From Felis catus (taxonomy: Eukaryota), in NCBI RefSeq assembly GCF_018350175.1, contig NC_058368.1:213530001-213594000 (forward strand): a stretch of 64,000 nucleotides of DNA, written 5' to 3'. Of the stretch, positions 61,926 to 64,000 are shown in pieces. Made by a program: the position numbers and the translations under genes. The first letter of the stretch is position 1, and every line of letters starts with the position of its first letter. The notes under the pieces are model-generated. The model was not told where the DNA came from. It was given only the letters and a program-made list of their open reading frames with translations, and ran no database searches.

Positions 61926-64000
61926 TTGACATTTGCAACTGAATGTGCCAATAACCTTTTACCCAGCTTGTCACCTCTCCTTTCCCCAAGGCACTCCCTT
62001 CAGCCTCATGGGCACCTCCACTCTGAGCTCTTGGGAGACCCGATCAGAATTTCTCTGTTCTTTCCGTACATCCTCACGTGGAGGGGGACCGTATTTCTTA
62101 TTTCCTTTCTAGCCCTCCTTGGCTATAGGTTTACAAAATTCTCCACATGCCAGGTGTTAAATGCCATAAGCATCCCAATCCTGGATCGAACGCAAACTCA
62201 TCTGACTGTGGCCACCAAACTGTTCAACTGGCTGACCCCACCTTCCTTGCCAGCTCCACCTGGTTTCCTCACCAGGTGAGGTTCCTGTGTGTTCCTTCAC
62301 AACAGGCTGCTGTGTCCCCACCCTCCCTCAAGTGGTAAAGATGGTCTTCATCAACCTTTGCTCCCAGCCACATGCTTCCCAAGTCTGCAAATACTGCTAC
62401 TAAGTTTATAAACAGTTACACACGAGCTGTCCCTATCATGGTGACAATTAGCACCAGGACGTTCAGTAAATACTGACAGATTTTGATAGGAGGCTCACAG
62501 CTCTATCCCATTTCACCCTCAAGGAAACTGCCCCATCAATCCTGGAGCTCCCTCCCTTCCTTCGGCATCTGGACACTACGTTTTATCTCTGGCCAAACAA
62601 AATGCTCTTGCCCAGGGACAGCCGGGAAACTTGCTTTGGCACTTACAACACCTCGCAGATTACAAGGCCTTCAAAGAGTTGGAAGCAATGAACACCCAGG
62701 GGTCCTTGAGAAAAACCACTGAACACATACAGGAGGCCACAGCTTTGCAAAAGTTAACACTCAGATTGGGGCAAGCCCAGTCTAAAAATAGGTGCACCTG
62801 AAGGAGGAAGCTGTCAGAAAGTATCAGAAGGCACAGGAATGCCACCACACCTACCTCACAGGGTTTGTTTGCTGGGCTGGGACAGCCGGTGCCCTGGGTT
62901 TGTAGTGACACAAAAATGGCACAGGTGTACTCATTCACCTCTTGCTCCAAGGCAATCAGGAACCCAGTGGGAGGAGAAATCAGGCTCAAAGCTGGCTGAG
63001 GGCACACAAAGGTACTCTCCCATTCAATACAACCGCACTTGGAGTGGAGAAGCCAATACTCAGACATGCCAATAGTCTCTGAATGACAGCAGGAAGATGT
63101 GTCCAAGCAGGGCACACATGGCTGCCAACATGGACACCAATGCCCTGTTCTAGAATGAACCATGGAGGAAGGCTTTTTGTAAACACCGTGTACTGCATCT
63201 AGAAAACGTCCAGGGGAAAAAAAAATGAAAAAATTCCAGCATAACCCCCCTCAACTGTTGTTTGCCTACCAAGGATTCAGCCTTCAGATTTTATGAGTAT
63301 TTGCAAACAACAGGAGAAATATGAGCCCCACCACCCCCCCCCAACAGCAGCCCCCCCACATGGATGTTGAGATGACTACAGCCCTTGCCAGATCAGCATC
63401 CAATAAATTCTTCTTAAAAGCAAGAGGCTCTCAATAAAGGGTTTTTGAACAAAGCACTGGTCTGAAGGTTCCCTGTAAAAAGGAAATTTTCCCCACTGAC
63501 AGAGTGAAAACAGGACTGTGCTCAGAGAGGGGCCAAGAGCTCATTAACCTGTCTGCCTACTCCTGGTCCTTTGCTCTACTTTTCCAAAACCTGTCTGAGA
63601 CTAATATTTGTTTCTAAGCAGGCTAAATGTTGAAACAAAATATATTTTTTTAACCCATTAACATATACTTATGCAAGAGCACATTGACAAGACAGTAGAC
63701 ACACACTCACACACGCAGATCAGAGCTCCCTTTCTCTTACACATCCTTCAGCCTTTGGTCTTTGAAACCCTCTGCCCTGTACACACATCAAAAGGCATGC
63801 TCACGAGTCTTCAGAGTGTTTGCAGGCAAACCCAGAAATAACCTTCTCTTCGGAGAGAGCAGGGCTAGTTTGGAGAGTTCACCCACCTCTTGGTAGAAAC
63901 ATCCAGATACAAGGCTCTGATAAGGATGGTCCTCTAAGTGCCCAGAGGATGAGTAGCAATGCATCTAGGAGGCGTGCTGCCTCTGAGGGACCACCACCCA

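Larger units (their letters stand above)
14191..64000 (-). other. PDZD2: Part of the large PDZD2 intron upstream of the 502-nt exon (continues beyond the window)
   Basis: The preceding coding exon (PDZ1 N-terminal part, ending ...GVDVSGA) is not visible in any frame of the ORF track. The region is repeat-rich. Confidence 0.85.

Noticed and set aside
62660..63163. 167-aa minus-strand ORF
   Set aside because: No recognisable domain, a Cys/Ser/Leu-rich composition typical of non-coding DNA, and no convincing splice context seen.

Overview
Mammalian genomic DNA from a felid (cat-like): it is dense in tRNA-derived carnivore CAN-SINEs of the feline SINEC_Fc type. The whole window lies inside the PDZD2 gene (PDZ domain containing 2, PAPIN/AIPC), transcribed on the minus strand. 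Three phase-consistent internal coding exons are present (14190-13689, 502 nt; 4094-3952, 143 nt; 1073-941, 133 nt). They encode the end of PDZ1, a disordered linker and all of PDZ2. Positions 14191-64000 are part of the very large upstream intron, filled with SINEs, L1, L2, MIR, LTR and hAT DNA-transposon remnants. There is no prokaryotic content, CRISPR array or novel protein system, and nearly all ORF-track entries are chance or repeat-derived. The observations most worth testing are: (i) a cluster of ATG-plus-donor mini-exons at 40-50 kb that would all splice in frame onto the 502-nt exon (candidate alternative first exons, unproven); (ii) inverted SINEs closely flanking the 502-nt exon (circRNA/editing architecture); (iii) several short duplications with fold-back junctions; and (iv) a CpG-enriched enhancer-like patch near 61 kb. 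Repeat subfamily names come from recall of consensus motifs, not from a search.
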